Below, piece after piece: positions 1 to 9,515 of a stretch of DNA of 38,559 bases. This DNA comes from an uncultured Candidatus Saccharibacteria bacterium (lineage in GTDB: Bacteria > Patescibacteriota > Minisyncoccia > UBA6257 > 2-01-FULL-56-20), in NCBI GenBank assembly GCA_964355785.1, contig CAYHEU010000002.1, forward strand, positions 1 to 38,559. The letters run 5' to 3'. The notes beneath the pieces were generated by a model that worked only from the letters and a program-made list of their open reading frames with translations, ran no database searches and was not told the origin of the DNA. Position 1 is the stretch's first letter, and every line of letters starts with the position of its first letter. Position numbers and translations under genes: made by a program.

Positions 1-183
1 ATTCCCCCCGGCTATTAAAAAAAAGACCCCGATCCCGCCGAACAACGCCACCAAAAAATTCCGCGCCCACCCGGAACCCCCTAGCCAAAAGCCCCCGCCC
101 ACGATGCTCAACCAGTACCAGGAAATATCTTTGTTTCGGTATTCAAACTCGGGGGCTTCCCACTTGATTTCAAATTGCTGCAT
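1..183 (-). CDS. Hypothetical small membrane protein, N-terminal 61 codons only (continues past left edge)
   Basis: Minus-strand ATG at 183..181. Open frame to position 1 translates MQQFEIKWEAPEFEYRNKDISWYWLSIVGGGFWLGG..., with a hydrophobic segment after a W/Y-rich start. Absent from the ORF track because no stop lies in the window. Confidence 0.45.
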   Translation of the reverse strand, partial: MQQFEIKWEAPEFEYRNKDISWYWLSIVGGGFWLGGSGWARNFLVALFGGIGVFFLIAGGN

Positions 184-225
184 CGCTTTTCATCCTATCA
201 CGAAAACACCCCGCTGTAAAAGAAT

Positions 226-924
226 TTACGCTTTTGCGACCGCAAGAGCAAGTATCCGTTTCACGCCGCAGTCTTTTACTGCGCGTACGGCTTCGTCGAG
301 CGTTGCACCCGAGGTGGTTACGTCGTCAACGAGGATTATATTCTGTTTTTCAAATTTCGAAGGAGAACGCACCGCAAAGCAGTTCTCTACGTTTTTGCGG
401 CGCGCTCCGAGATCACGGATTTCGCTCTGCGGGGAAGTATTGCGAGTTCGGACGAGATTCGTGGAAATCGGGAGATCCATTTTTTCCGCGAATATTTTTG
501 CAATAAGCTCAGACTGATTGAATCCACGCTCGCGCTCACGAACTTTGCTTAAAGGCAAAGGAACCACTAAAAAATTTTTAAATTCTATACCCAGCGAAGA
601 AACGTATTCGCCCAAGATTCGCGCGAGCGGTTCCGCCGCGTCTTTCACAGATTTGAATTTCAAGTTGTGGATGAGTTCGCGCACGGTTCGGTCGGCGTAA
701 TCCGCAGCGGCGCCCAAGAGGTAAGGAGAATCTTTGTGACAGACTTTTTTGTTGTGAGGAAGGCGGTTTCTGCATCGCGCGCAAAAAAGCGTCTCGTGAA
801 TTTTTATTCCCGAAAAGCACTCGTCGCAGAGAACCCCTGCTTCCGGGGAAAGATGCGGCATGTTTTTCCCGCACCCCACGCAGAGTCTGGGGAAAATTAA
901 ATCGAGGAACGGATAAAACCTCAC
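226..924 (-). CDS. comF: ComF-family phosphoribosyltransferase (competence protein ComFC-like)
   Basis: N-terminal Cys-rich Zn-finger region (CVGCG..CDEC..CARC). C-terminal PRTase motif ILVDDVTTSGATL. Divergent from the pilM operon. Confidence 0.85.
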   Translation of the reverse strand: MRFYPFLDLIFPRLCVGCGKNMPHLSPEAGVLCDECFSGIKIHETLFCARCRNRLPHNKKVCHKDSPYLLGAAADYADRTVRELIHNLKFKSVKDAAEPLARILGEYVSSLGIEFKNFLVVPLPLSKVRERERGFNQSELIAKIFAEKMDLPISTNLVRTRNTSPQSEIRDLGARRKNVENCFAVRSPSKFEKQNIILVDDVTTSGATLDEAVRAVKDCGVKRILALAVAKA

Positions 925-953
925 ATTCTTATAAATTCTAAGTTTCGACTTCG

Positions 954-962
954 TGTTATAAT
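954..962 (+). promoter_or_regulatory. Extended -10 box TGTTATAAT upstream of pilM
   Basis: TGnTATAAT match ends 9 nt before the pilM ATG (972), implying a leaderless or near-leaderless transcript. The same 13-mer TGTTATAATTATC recurs at 36302..36314. Confidence 0.4.
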
Positions 963-971
963 TATCCCAAA

Positions 972-2099
972 ATGAAGCTTGCTATCAAGTCGATCGCGGG
1001 GTCGCTCCGTGCCGCAAACCCATTCTCCTTTTTCAAGCAATCGGTGTTTCCGGCATACTTGGGCGTCGACATCGGCACCACCTCTATCAAGGTGGTTGAG
1101 GTAAAACAAGGGAGGCAGCTCCCCAAGGCGGTGAACTACGGTTTCCTTGAGGCAGGAGATTATCTGGGGCGGTCGAATAGCGCTCTCCAAACAAGCAGCT
1201 TGAAACTTTTTGATCAAGATGTAGCCGAGCTCTTGCGGCTCGTCGCGCGCGAAATGAAAGCGGAAGCAAAAGAGGTGCTTGCGTCGATTCCCGTTTTCAA
1301 CGCGTTCATCACCGCGCTCAATTTCCCCGAGATGAATCCCGCGGAAGTTGATAAGACAGTAACGTTCCAGGCTCGACAGTATATTCCCCTCCCGCTTTCC
1401 GAGGTGAATCTCGAGTGGATCAAAGTCGGCGAATTCGAGGACGAGCGCGGCTTCAAACAACAGCAGATTCTTTTGATCTCCATTCCGCGAGAGTACGTAG
1501 AGAAGTATCGGCGCATTTTCAAGAGTGCAGGCCTGCATCTCCGCGCGCTCGAAATCGAGAGCTTGAGCATTGCGCGCGCACTCGTGGGAAGCGATCCCAC
1601 GCCCACGGTGATTATTGACGTCGGGAGCCGTTCGACAAATATTTCTTTCGTTGAAAAGGGGCAGTTGAGGTTTAACAGTCAAAGCGACTTTGCGGGCGCC
1701 TCGCTCACTCAAGCGCTCGCGTCGAGCCTGAATATCAATCCAAGGCGCGCAGAAGAATTGAAACGCGAGAAAGGAATCGTTGCGTCAGGCGCAGATTACG
1801 AGTTATCCACAATAATGGTGCCATTTTTAGATGTTATAATTAATGAAGTAAAGAAGGCGGATTTTGCCTATAGAAACCAATTTCCTGCCGCAACGAAGAT
1901 CGAACGAGCAATTCTCTCGGGTGGTGGAGCTAATTTGAGGGGAATGGAAAAGTATTTCAATCGCGAGCTCGGGTTCCCGGTCGTCCGCGCCACTCCTTTC
2001 GTAAAGTTTGAATATCCACCAATTCTTGAGCCGGTTGTCACAGAGTTGAATCCGATCTTTAGCGTTGCCCTTGGTTTGACTTTAGGGGAGTTCGTCTAG
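972..2099 (+). CDS. pilM: Type IV pilus assembly protein PilM (actin-like ATPase fold)
   Basis: YLGVDIGTTSIKVVEV phosphate-1 motif, VIIDVGSRSTNISF, C-terminal ILSGGGANLRGM. Followed by pilN/pilO-like genes. Confidence 0.85.
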   Translation: MKLAIKSIAGSLRAANPFSFFKQSVFPAYLGVDIGTTSIKVVEVKQGRQLPKAVNYGFLEAGDYLGRSNSALQTSSLKLFDQDVAELLRLVAREMKAEAKEVLASIPVFNAFITALNFPEMNPAEVDKTVTFQARQYIPLPLSEVNLEWIKVGEFEDERGFKQQQILLISIPREYVEKYRRIFKSAGLHLRALEIESLSIARALVGSDPTPTVIIDVGSRSTNISFVEKGQLRFNSQSDFAGASLTQALASSLNINPRRAEELKREKGIVASGADYELSTIMVPFLDVIINEVKKADFAYRNQFPAATKIERAILSGGGANLRGMEKYFNRELGFPVVRATPFVKFEYPPILEPVVTELNPIFSVALGLTLGEFV

Positions 2100-2201
2100 A
2101 GAATGCAAAATTCAAAAGTCAAAGAGCAAAATTCAAGTGTCGTTCGCTTGGAACGAACTCGTTTATTTTGAATTTTGATATTTGCATTTTGAACTTTTTT
2201 T

Positions 2202-2762
2202 ATGGCCTTACCCCAAAAAGCCATCGAGCAGTTAAGCCGAGAGCCCGTGCGGACGCCGGGCTGGTCGGGCCGCATTTTGATGTTTTCTGGGACGGTCTTT
2301 TTTTTGAGTCTCGCAATTTACTTCGGCGTCTTCTTTGGCTACCGGCCGTATCTGAACTCGCAAGTCACGGGACTTAAGGACGAAATACAAAAATTCAGCC
2401 AGAGGATCCCCGTTGCCGATCAGGAGCGGCTTATTAATTTCTATTCACAGCTCGTCAATTTGAAGAGCATCCTCGCGAAACAGGAGCTCTCGTCGAAGGT
2501 GTTCGCGTGGATGGAAGCAAACACGCACATGAACGTGCATTTTGTGAGTTTTGCTCTGGACCTTTCCAAACACAAAATTAATCTCGCGGGCAGGGCGAAG
2601 ACAATACCGGATCTCGCACAACAGCTTGCCTCGCTCCAGATTCTTATGGAGATAAAAAAATTAGAATTCAGCGGAGCCTCGCTTTCAAAAGACGGTTTTT
2701 GGGAATTTTCTTTGAACTTGGAATTTGCGCCCGGATTTTTTGGGATACAAAGCAACTCATAG
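2202..2762 (+). CDS. pilN: PilN-like bitopic pilus alignment protein
   Basis: Single N-terminal TM (ILMFSGTVFFLSLAIYFGVFFGY), then a coiled-coil and a small globular domain. Position directly after pilM. Confidence 0.6.
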   Translation: MALPQKAIEQLSREPVRTPGWSGRILMFSGTVFFLSLAIYFGVFFGYRPYLNSQVTGLKDEIQKFSQRIPVADQERLINFYSQLVNLKSILAKQELSSKVFAWMEANTHMNVHFVSFALDLSKHKINLAGRAKTIPDLAQQLASLQILMEIKKLEFSGASLSKDGFWEFSLNLEFAPGFFGIQSNS

Positions 2763-2780
2763 ACAGATTATAGAAATCCA

Positions 2781-3395
2781 ATGAAGCAATCAACGAAAAG
2801 ACTCGCAAGCGTGGTACTCGGTCTCCTCTTCATCGTGGGAGCGCTTGTGATTTATTTTTACTTCGTGCGCCCCGCAAACGAGGAGGCCCAAAAAATAAAG
2901 AGCGATCTTGTGGGCCAAGAGCTTTTCCTTGAGAGTCAGAAATCGGCGGTGAGCCAAGTGGAGAATCTCATCAATTCCTATAAACAAGCCGAGGGCAAAG
3001 GGGAGTTTCAAGACGTAATCTCGATGGCGCTTCCGCTGAGCGCAGATTATGCGGGCGCGCTCGCCCAACTCGCCGGCATAGTTCAGAATAACGGACTCTC
3101 GCTCAAATCGCTCTCGTTTGGCACCCCCGGATCCAAAGGCCAGCCGATTCCGAGAAAAAAAACGGGAACGGCGTCTTCTCCCGGGGATTTGGTAAAGCCA
3201 TTGAACACGCTAAGGATCACGGTGAATTTTGACGGTTCGTACGAGAATTTCAAAAAGTTTTTGAGGAATTTGGAGACGAACATCAGGATTTTCGACGTTG
3301 AGACGCTTGGGTTCTCGCCGGTTGACACCACGAAATCGGGGCAGGACAATTTCGGCTATAAAATTACCGTTCTTGCGTATTATCAAAACCCATAA
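2781..3395 (+). CDS. pilO: PilO-like bitopic pilus alignment protein
   Basis: N-terminal TM (VVLGLLFIVGALVIYFYFV), coiled-coil, C-terminal domain with the LRNLETNIRIFDVETL motif typical of PilO. Operon position. Confidence 0.6.
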   Translation: MKQSTKRLASVVLGLLFIVGALVIYFYFVRPANEEAQKIKSDLVGQELFLESQKSAVSQVENLINSYKQAEGKGEFQDVISMALPLSADYAGALAQLAGIVQNNGLSLKSLSFGTPGSKGQPIPRKKTGTASSPGDLVKPLNTLRITVNFDGSYENFKKFLRNLETNIRIFDVETLGFSPVDTTKSGQDNFGYKITVLAYYQNP

Positions 3396-3402
3396 CACAA
3401 AC

Positions 3403-3693
3403 ATGGCGATCATTATCGAAGAAGAACGAAATAAAATGAGTCCGATCACGCTCCTCACGTGGGGCGTGGTTCTCGTGATTATCGTCGTCACGGTCTATTA
3501 CGTATTCTTCAAGAAGCCCCAGACGGTCGAGATTATCGCTCCGCCGGATTTTCAGAACACCCAGCAAATCTCGAAAATCAATCTCGATCCGGAGGTGATC
3601 ATTGAGCACCCCGGATTCAAATCGCGAACGACGTACGTCACGCCGCCTGTGCCGGGGAATCTCGGGAGAAGTAATCCATTCCTCCCGTTCTGA
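3403..3693 (+). CDS. Small single-pass membrane protein, pilus-operon accessory (function unknown)
   Basis: ATG at 3403 lies 8 nt after the pilO stop. The track ORF start at 3298 overlaps pilO and is less likely. TM segment ITLLTWGVVLVIIVVTVYYVFF. Confidence 0.5.
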   Translation: MAIIIEEERNKMSPITLLTWGVVLVIIVVTVYYVFFKKPQTVEIIAPPDFQNTQQISKINLDPEVIIEHPGFKSRTTYVTPPVPGNLGRSNPFLPF

Positions 3694-3964
3694 CGAGAAA
3701 ATATAAAATATTTTAAAGCCAAGAGTTAAAAATACCAGACACACAATGACATTATTTATCTCAAAGTCGAAACCAACATTGACGGAAAATATTCCCGCCT
3801 GCCAAAGCCGATCCAAAATTTTGGTTTACATACACAACACCTAATCCATATGAACACTAACGTAACATTAGGATATTCAGTTATGGGTCGAAAAATTTTG
3901 GTTTGTTCGGCGGGCCCCGTAGAAACAAGTTTCTCCGGGGCGGGCAGGTAATTTTCTGCGTGGT

Positions 3965-5695
3965 ATGGACCCTCTTGAATTTCTCAAAGAATTAAAAAAA
4001 GCGGGACTTGTTGATGAAAGTACCGCGGTACAGCTTGGCCGCGAAGTTTCGCTCTCCGGAAGATCGCTCGAAGAGCTGGTCTATGAACGGCGTTTAATTG
4101 ACGACGAGAAAATCGCCGAGCTCAAAAGTTCGCTCCTCAAGATTCCCTATCAAAAGATCAATTTCGACGCGTTCGATAAGAGTCTCTTTGATCTTGTTCC
4201 CGAAGAGACCGCGCGGACCTATCTCGTTTCCCCGATTTCGAAAGAAGGAAACCTTCTTGTCGTGGGGATGGTGAACCCAGACGATTCGAAGGCTCAAGAA
4301 GCATTGAAGTTCGTGGGGCGGCAAAGCCGCGTGAATTTGGGAGTGTACGTGATATCCTACAGCGATTGGCAAGAAGTACTCCGGAAATATTCTCCGTATA
4401 AGACGCAGATCGAAGCTGCGGTAAAATCATTGAACTTGAAGGGCGGAGATGCGGCAAGGAAGCTCATAAAGCTCGAGGAGAGCATGAAGACAGTTGCCGA
4501 AGAAGCGCCGATCATACGTATTGTTGCCGACACGCTCCGCGAAGCGGTCCAAGCGCAGGCCTCCGACGTTCACATTGAGCCGCAGCAGAATTATCTGCGC
4601 GTAAGGTTTCGCGTCGACGGGAGTTTGCGGGAGGAGGCGTCGCTCCCAGTTGAGCTTGCACAGCCGGTCGTCTCGCGCGTCAAGGTCATCTCCAATCTGA
4701 AGATTGACGAATCGCGCGTTCCCCAGGACGGGAGATTCCGAGCGAAAATTTTTGACCGCGAGATTGATTTTCGCGTTTCGACATTTCCCACGCCGCTCGG
4801 AGAGAAGGTTGCAATTCGTATTCTCGATCCTACAACGGGACTCAAGAAACTCGATCAGCTTGGGCTTGTAGGAAGGAATCTTGAGCGGGTGAAAAAAGGG
4901 CTTGAGAAGCCCTATGGTCTCATACTCGTTACCGGGCCCACTGGTTCGGGAAAAACAACGACGATTTACGCGCTCCTCCAGATCTTGAATAAAGAAGACG
5001 TAAATATTGTGAGTCTTGAAGATCCGGTCGAGTACTCAATTTCGGGCCTGAACCAGTCGCAGGTTCGGCCGGAGATCGGTTACGACTTCGCTTCCGGACT
5101 CCGCGAAATTCTCCGCCAAGACCCGGACGTGATTTTGGTCGGTGAGATACGCGACAATGAAACCGCGGGACTTGCGATCCACGCGGCCTTAACCGGCCAT
5201 GTCGTGCTCTCAACGCTCCACACGAATAACGCGGTGGGGAGCATTCCGCGCCTCATTGATATGAAGGTGGAGCCGTTCCTCATTCCCTCGGCGATAAATC
5301 TTATAATTGCGCAGCGCCTTATCTCCGCGCTCTGCGAGAATTGCAAAAAGCCGGAAGAGGCCCCCCCCGCGGTTCAAAAGCTTGTGAAGAAAGCACTCTC
5401 GAATCTTCCTCCCGATACGCCGAATCCTTATAAGGAACCTTATAAGATATATCATGCACCGGGCTGTGACAGATGCCGCGGAAAGGGAGTTGCAGGGCGC
5501 GTTGCAGTCTACGAGTTTATCGAAATGACGCACGAGCTCGAGGAAATTGTAAATTCAGGATCACCGACCTCGCAGAAAATTTTGGAAGAAGGGAGGCGAC
5601 AGGGGATGATCACGCTCCGCGAAGACGGAGTTTTGAAGGCGCTCTCGGGACTTGTTCCGATTGAGGACGTTGTAAGAGAAACCGAAGACGCCTGA
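3965..5695 (+). CDS. pilB: Type IV pilus extension ATPase PilB (GspE family)
   Basis: N-terminal GspII_E-like domain, Walker A GPTGSGKTTT, Asp box, Walker B ILVGEIRD, His box TGHVVLSTLHTN, tetracysteine C..C...C..C. Confidence 0.92.
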   Translation: MDPLEFLKELKKAGLVDESTAVQLGREVSLSGRSLEELVYERRLIDDEKIAELKSSLLKIPYQKINFDAFDKSLFDLVPEETARTYLVSPISKEGNLLVVGMVNPDDSKAQEALKFVGRQSRVNLGVYVISYSDWQEVLRKYSPYKTQIEAAVKSLNLKGGDAARKLIKLEESMKTVAEEAPIIRIVADTLREAVQAQASDVHIEPQQNYLRVRFRVDGSLREEASLPVELAQPVVSRVKVISNLKIDESRVPQDGRFRAKIFDREIDFRVSTFPTPLGEKVAIRILDPTTGLKKLDQLGLVGRNLERVKKGLEKPYGLILVTGPTGSGKTTTIYALLQILNKEDVNIVSLEDPVEYSISGLNQSQVRPEIGYDFASGLREILRQDPDVILVGEIRDNETAGLAIHAALTGHVVLSTLHTNNAVGSIPRLIDMKVEPFLIPSAINLIIAQRLISALCENCKKPEEAPPAVQKLVKKALSNLPPDTPNPYKEPYKIYHAPGCDRCRGKGVAGRVAVYEFIEMTHELEEIVNSGSPTSQKILEEGRRQGMITLREDGVLKALSGLVPIEDVVRETEDA

Positions 5696-5756
5696 AGATC
5701 CGGGTTCAAGTGTGATATTATAGAATAAAGTCATATAGAATTTTCTCCTCGAAAAA

Positions 5757-6830
5757 ATGGACGATTATAAGCAAAAACTTTTGGATCTCTTGATCACGAC
5801 TGCGAAACAGAACGCCTCGGATCTTCATATAGGCGTCGGGCGCCGTCCCACGCTCCGCATCGACGGGAGTTTGGTGCCGCTCCAAAAAGAGCCAATCGTG
5901 ACTCCGGAGATCGCAGAAGGGCTGATCTTAAGCCTCTTGACCCCCGATCAGAAGGAGCATTTCGTGGTGAAAAAGCAGATCGATTTCGCCTACACGCTTT
6001 TAGATAAGGCGCGATTCAGGGTAAACGTGTATTTCCAGCGAGGATACATGGCGGCTTCTCTCCGCCTCATTCCTGGGAGGATCCGGACGCTTGAAGAATT
6101 GAATCTCCCACCGATTCTCCATGACTTTACGGGCCTCTCCCAAGGATTCGTTCTCCTCGTTGGGCCGGCTGGCCATGGAAAATCCACCACGCTTGCCGCG
6201 TTGCTCGATGAGATAAACCACAAGCGGACCGACCACATTATCACTATTGAGGATCCGATAGAATACCTTTTCGTGCAGGATCGCTGTCTCATCTCACAAA
6301 AAGAGGTGGGAAGCGACATCCCGACTTTCCGCGAGGGTCTCCGCACGATTCTCCGCCAGGACCCGGACGTAATCATGATCGGCGAGATGCGGGATCCCGT
6401 ATCAATCTCGACTTCAATGACGGCGGCGGAAACGGGGCATTTGGTTTTTTCGACTCTTCACACCAACTCCGCTTCGCAGACCGTCGACCGCATCATCGAC
6501 TCCTTCCCGCCGGAACAGCAGGGGCAGGTTATTTCTCAACTCGCCGCAACGCTTGTTGCGATTGTTTCCGAACGTTTGATCCCGCGCCTCTCCGGCGGCC
6601 GCGTGCCTGCGGTTGAGATTATGATTGTGAATCCGGCGATCCGAAACCTTATCCGCGAGCGCAAAGTGTATCAGATTGACTTGGTGATTGAGACGAGCCT
6701 TCAGGAGGGGATGATTACTTTGAATCGCTCGCTTGCAAGTTTGGTGAAAAACAAAGAGATTTCTCTCGAGACCGCGGAGACCTATTCCTTCAACCAAGCA
6801 GAGCTTCGGATCCTTCTTGAGAGAACATAG
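5757..6830 (+). CDS. pilT: Twitching-motility / pilus retraction ATPase PilT
   Basis: ASDLHI, Walker A GPAGHGKSTT, IMIGEMRD, GHLVFSTLHTNSA, AIRNLIRE motif. ~357 aa, typical PilT size. Confidence 0.92.
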   Translation: MDDYKQKLLDLLITTAKQNASDLHIGVGRRPTLRIDGSLVPLQKEPIVTPEIAEGLILSLLTPDQKEHFVVKKQIDFAYTLLDKARFRVNVYFQRGYMAASLRLIPGRIRTLEELNLPPILHDFTGLSQGFVLLVGPAGHGKSTTLAALLDEINHKRTDHIITIEDPIEYLFVQDRCLISQKEVGSDIPTFREGLRTILRQDPDVIMIGEMRDPVSISTSMTAAETGHLVFSTLHTNSASQTVDRIIDSFPPEQQGQVISQLAATLVAIVSERLIPRLSGGRVPAVEIMIVNPAIRNLIRERKVYQIDLVIETSLQEGMITLNRSLASLVKNKEISLETAETYSFNQAELRILLERT

Positions 6831-6839
6831 TGCTTCTCT

Positions 6840-8051
6840 ATGAAATTCAAATACAACGCAAAAACGAAGGAAGGGCAGACGCAGGTTGGATTCGTGGAGT
6901 CGGGAAACCGCGAATCGGCCGCGAACATTTTGGCGAGCCACGATCTTTTCGTGTTGAGCATCGCGGAGGCGGAGAAAGTCCGCTGGTATGATAGAATCGC
7001 GAATTACTTCCGCGGCGTGAAACGGAAGGACATGGTGCTCTTCACGCGCCAGTTGGCCACGCTTCTTGAGGCGCGCATTTCATTGAACGATTCTTTGAAG
7101 ACCCTCGCAAAGCAGATTACGCACCCCGTGCTCAAGGAAACGGTTTTTCAAGTGTCGCAGGACATCGACGCCGGGCTCTCATTCTCGCAATCGCTTGAGC
7201 GGCAGGGCGCCGTTTTTTCCGATTTTTTCGTGAGCATGATTCGGTCGGCGGAGGTAACGGGAAATCTCGACGAGGTGACGAGTTTCCTTGCCGATTACTA
7301 TGAAAAGGATTTTATCTTGATCGGGAAAGCCCGTTCGGCGCTTATCTATCCGGCAGTCGTGATAGGCCTTTTCGCAATAGTGGTTATTTTGATGCTTACC
7401 ATGGTTATTCCCCAGCTCGCGCCGATCTTCTCACAGGCGGGCGTGAAGCTCCCCGTATTTACGAGATTTCTCGTGGCATCCGGGAGTTTTCTTGTTTCTT
7501 GGTGGCCGGCCGTGCTTTTTGGAATTGTCGGAGTCGTGATGATTGTGTTAAACTATCTTCAGACTCCGGAAGGGCGGGGTTTTTGGGATGACATGAAGCT
7601 CCGCCTCCCTATTTTAAGTCGTATTTATAGGCCTTTGAGCATCGCACGATTTTCAAATGCGGCCTCGATACTCTTAAGGGGGGGCGTTCCGGTGTCCCAA
7701 GCGATGGAGATCGTGAGTCACACTGTGGATAACGTCCTCTACCAGGATTTTCTCCACGAAGCGGCGGAGGCGGTGCGGCAAGGAGAGCCGCTCTCGACCG
7801 CGATTAGCCGGCACCCGGAATACTTCCCGTCGCTTGTCTCCCAGATGCTTGTGATAGGGGAAACGACGGGCCAACTTGATAAAATATTCATGAGAATAGC
7901 GACGTTCTACAGCCGCGAGGCGGATAACGTGATGAACAACATCGTGGATCTTATCCAGCCGCTTCTCATGATCGGCATCGGGGGGCTCGTAGGGTTGCTC
8001 TTTGCGTCAATCCTCCTTCCAATTTACGAGTTGACAACAAAGATCCAGTAA
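6840..8051 (+). CDS. pilC: Type IV pilus platform protein PilC (GspF family)
   Basis: Two GspF repeats (FTRQLATLLEARISL... and FSNAASILLRGGVPV...), three TM segments, ~400 aa. Confidence 0.9.
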   Translation: MKFKYNAKTKEGQTQVGFVESGNRESAANILASHDLFVLSIAEAEKVRWYDRIANYFRGVKRKDMVLFTRQLATLLEARISLNDSLKTLAKQITHPVLKETVFQVSQDIDAGLSFSQSLERQGAVFSDFFVSMIRSAEVTGNLDEVTSFLADYYEKDFILIGKARSALIYPAVVIGLFAIVVILMLTMVIPQLAPIFSQAGVKLPVFTRFLVASGSFLVSWWPAVLFGIVGVVMIVLNYLQTPEGRGFWDDMKLRLPILSRIYRPLSIARFSNAASILLRGGVPVSQAMEIVSHTVDNVLYQDFLHEAAEAVRQGEPLSTAISRHPEYFPSLVSQMLVIGETTGQLDKIFMRIATFYSREADNVMNNIVDLIQPLLMIGIGGLVGLLFASILLPIYELTTKIQ

Positions 8052-8081
8052 AACGAAAAGGTCGAAAACGAAATAAATTAA

Positions 8082-8594
8082 ATGAATAGAAAAGGTTTTA
8101 CTCTTATTGAGCTTCTGATCGTAATCGCCATCATCGGCATTTTGGCCTCCGTGGTCTTGGTCGGCATCGGTCCGGCGCAGCGGAGCGGCAGGGATGCCCG
8201 CCGCATCGCGGACCTCCGGCAGATTCAGAATGCGCTCGAGCTCTACAAGTCGGCGAACGGGCAGTATCCGGTGGGATCGGGAGATGTAGCAGCCCTTGGT
8301 CTCGGAATTGATATTTCGAAAGATCCGAGGGTGGGAGTCGGAGGCGCTGGCCCCGACTATCAATACCTTCCGGGCCTCGATTCGACTGGCGTAGTGACCG
8401 GCTATCTCTTGCTCGCGGTGCTTGAAGGCGATATTCCGGCATCAGCGAACAACGTAGCTGCGAGCCCCATGCAGCCGGACGGCGTTACCCTCTATGACTT
8501 TGGTCTTTTGACGGTCGGAACATTCACCGCCTGCGGCACAGATGGGTTTACGGGGGCCGGTGCTCCCTCGGACGTCTACTGCATACAGCTCTAA
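8082..8594 (+). CDS. Type IV major pilin (prepilin with short leader)
   Basis: MNRKG|FTLIELLIVIAIIGILASVV class III signal with Glu+5. The only pilin here with a short leader. Directly after pilC. Confidence 0.85.
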   Translation: MNRKGFTLIELLIVIAIIGILASVVLVGIGPAQRSGRDARRIADLRQIQNALELYKSANGQYPVGSGDVAALGLGIDISKDPRVGVGGAGPDYQYLPGLDSTGVVTGYLLLAVLEGDIPASANNVAASPMQPDGVTLYDFGLLTVGTFTACGTDGFTGAGAPSDVYCIQL

Positions 8595-8624
8595 GAAGTT
8601 CTATCTCCCCCTAGAGTTCGTATA

Positions 8625-9479
8625 ATGGCGATTTCTCTTTTTGTGTTCGGCGTAGCAGTCGGAAGCTTCCTGAATGTCTTGCGCGTCCGTTACGATCCGG
8701 AGAAATTCATCTTGAACAAGAATATTATTGGCGGCCGGTCGGTCTGTCCGAAGTGCCGGAATACGCTCAGATGGTTTGAGCTCGTTCCAGTCGTGAGCTT
8801 CGTTCTCCAGGCCGGCCGCTGTCGCCATTGCGGAGGTAAAATCAGCCCTCTCTACCCAATTGTTGAGATTGTGATGGGGCTGATTTTTGTTTTTGTGCCG
8901 TTCGGCCTCACGCCCGTGTTCGGCGTCCCAAGTCCTCTGTTCTACGCGCTTTCTCTCTTATGGATCTTGGTCGGCGTCGCCCTTTTTCTTATGGCGCTCA
9001 TTGACGCAAAAACAAACCTTATTCCGAACGAGATAGTTTTTTTGCTTGTCGTTTTGGGAATTTTGATCGCCGCCCTCTCCGGTTCACGCTTCGGATACAC
9101 CGAGGGGTCGTTTGCGGGGCACTATGCCTTCCTTCTCGGGATTCGCGAGAATATCTGGCTGAATCGCTTGTTCGCCTCCGCCGTCTCCGCGCTCTTTTTC
9201 GGTTTCGTGATCGCCGTAACCCGCGGGCGCGCGATGGGTATGGGGGACGCAAAGCTCGCCTTTGCGCTCGGGATGGTGTTCGGGTGGCCGGACGTGCTTC
9301 TCGTTGTCGCGGTCGCATTCATACTTGGAGCGCTCTTCGGGCTCGGCGCGATACTCTTGAGAAAAAAGACGATGAGAGGAACGGTGCCGTTCGGTCCGTT
9401 CCTTGCGATAGCTTCTTTCCTGGTTTTCTTTTTCGGATTTGAGATCGTTGATTTCTATTTCAAACTGTTCAATATTTAG
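8625..9479 (+). CDS. pilD: Prepilin peptidase / N-methyltransferase (A24 family) PilD
   Basis: CPKC...CRHC Zn motif in the N-terminal domain. Polytopic membrane protein with GMGDAKL and a second Asp-containing motif. Confidence 0.9.
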   Translation: MAISLFVFGVAVGSFLNVLRVRYDPEKFILNKNIIGGRSVCPKCRNTLRWFELVPVVSFVLQAGRCRHCGGKISPLYPIVEIVMGLIFVFVPFGLTPVFGVPSPLFYALSLLWILVGVALFLMALIDAKTNLIPNEIVFLLVVLGILIAALSGSRFGYTEGSFAGHYAFLLGIRENIWLNRLFASAVSALFFGFVIAVTRGRAMGMGDAKLAFALGMVFGWPDVLLVVAVAFILGALFGLGAILLRKKTMRGTVPFGPFLAIASFLVFFFGFEIVDFYFKLFNI

Positions 9480-9515
9480 AATTCTAAGGATAGGATTTAG
9501 GGTATAATAAAAGCT

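Noticed and set aside
921-1712. 263-aa minus-strand ORF overlapping pilM
   Set aside because: It is entirely antisense to a well-supported PilM gene, and the translation is Arg/Leu-rich without motifs. This is a typical shadow ORF in moderately GC-rich coding DNA.
6414-6941. 175-aa minus-strand ORF across the pilT/pilC junction
   Set aside because: It is antisense to two strongly supported genes and crosses their intergenic gap. It has no motifs.
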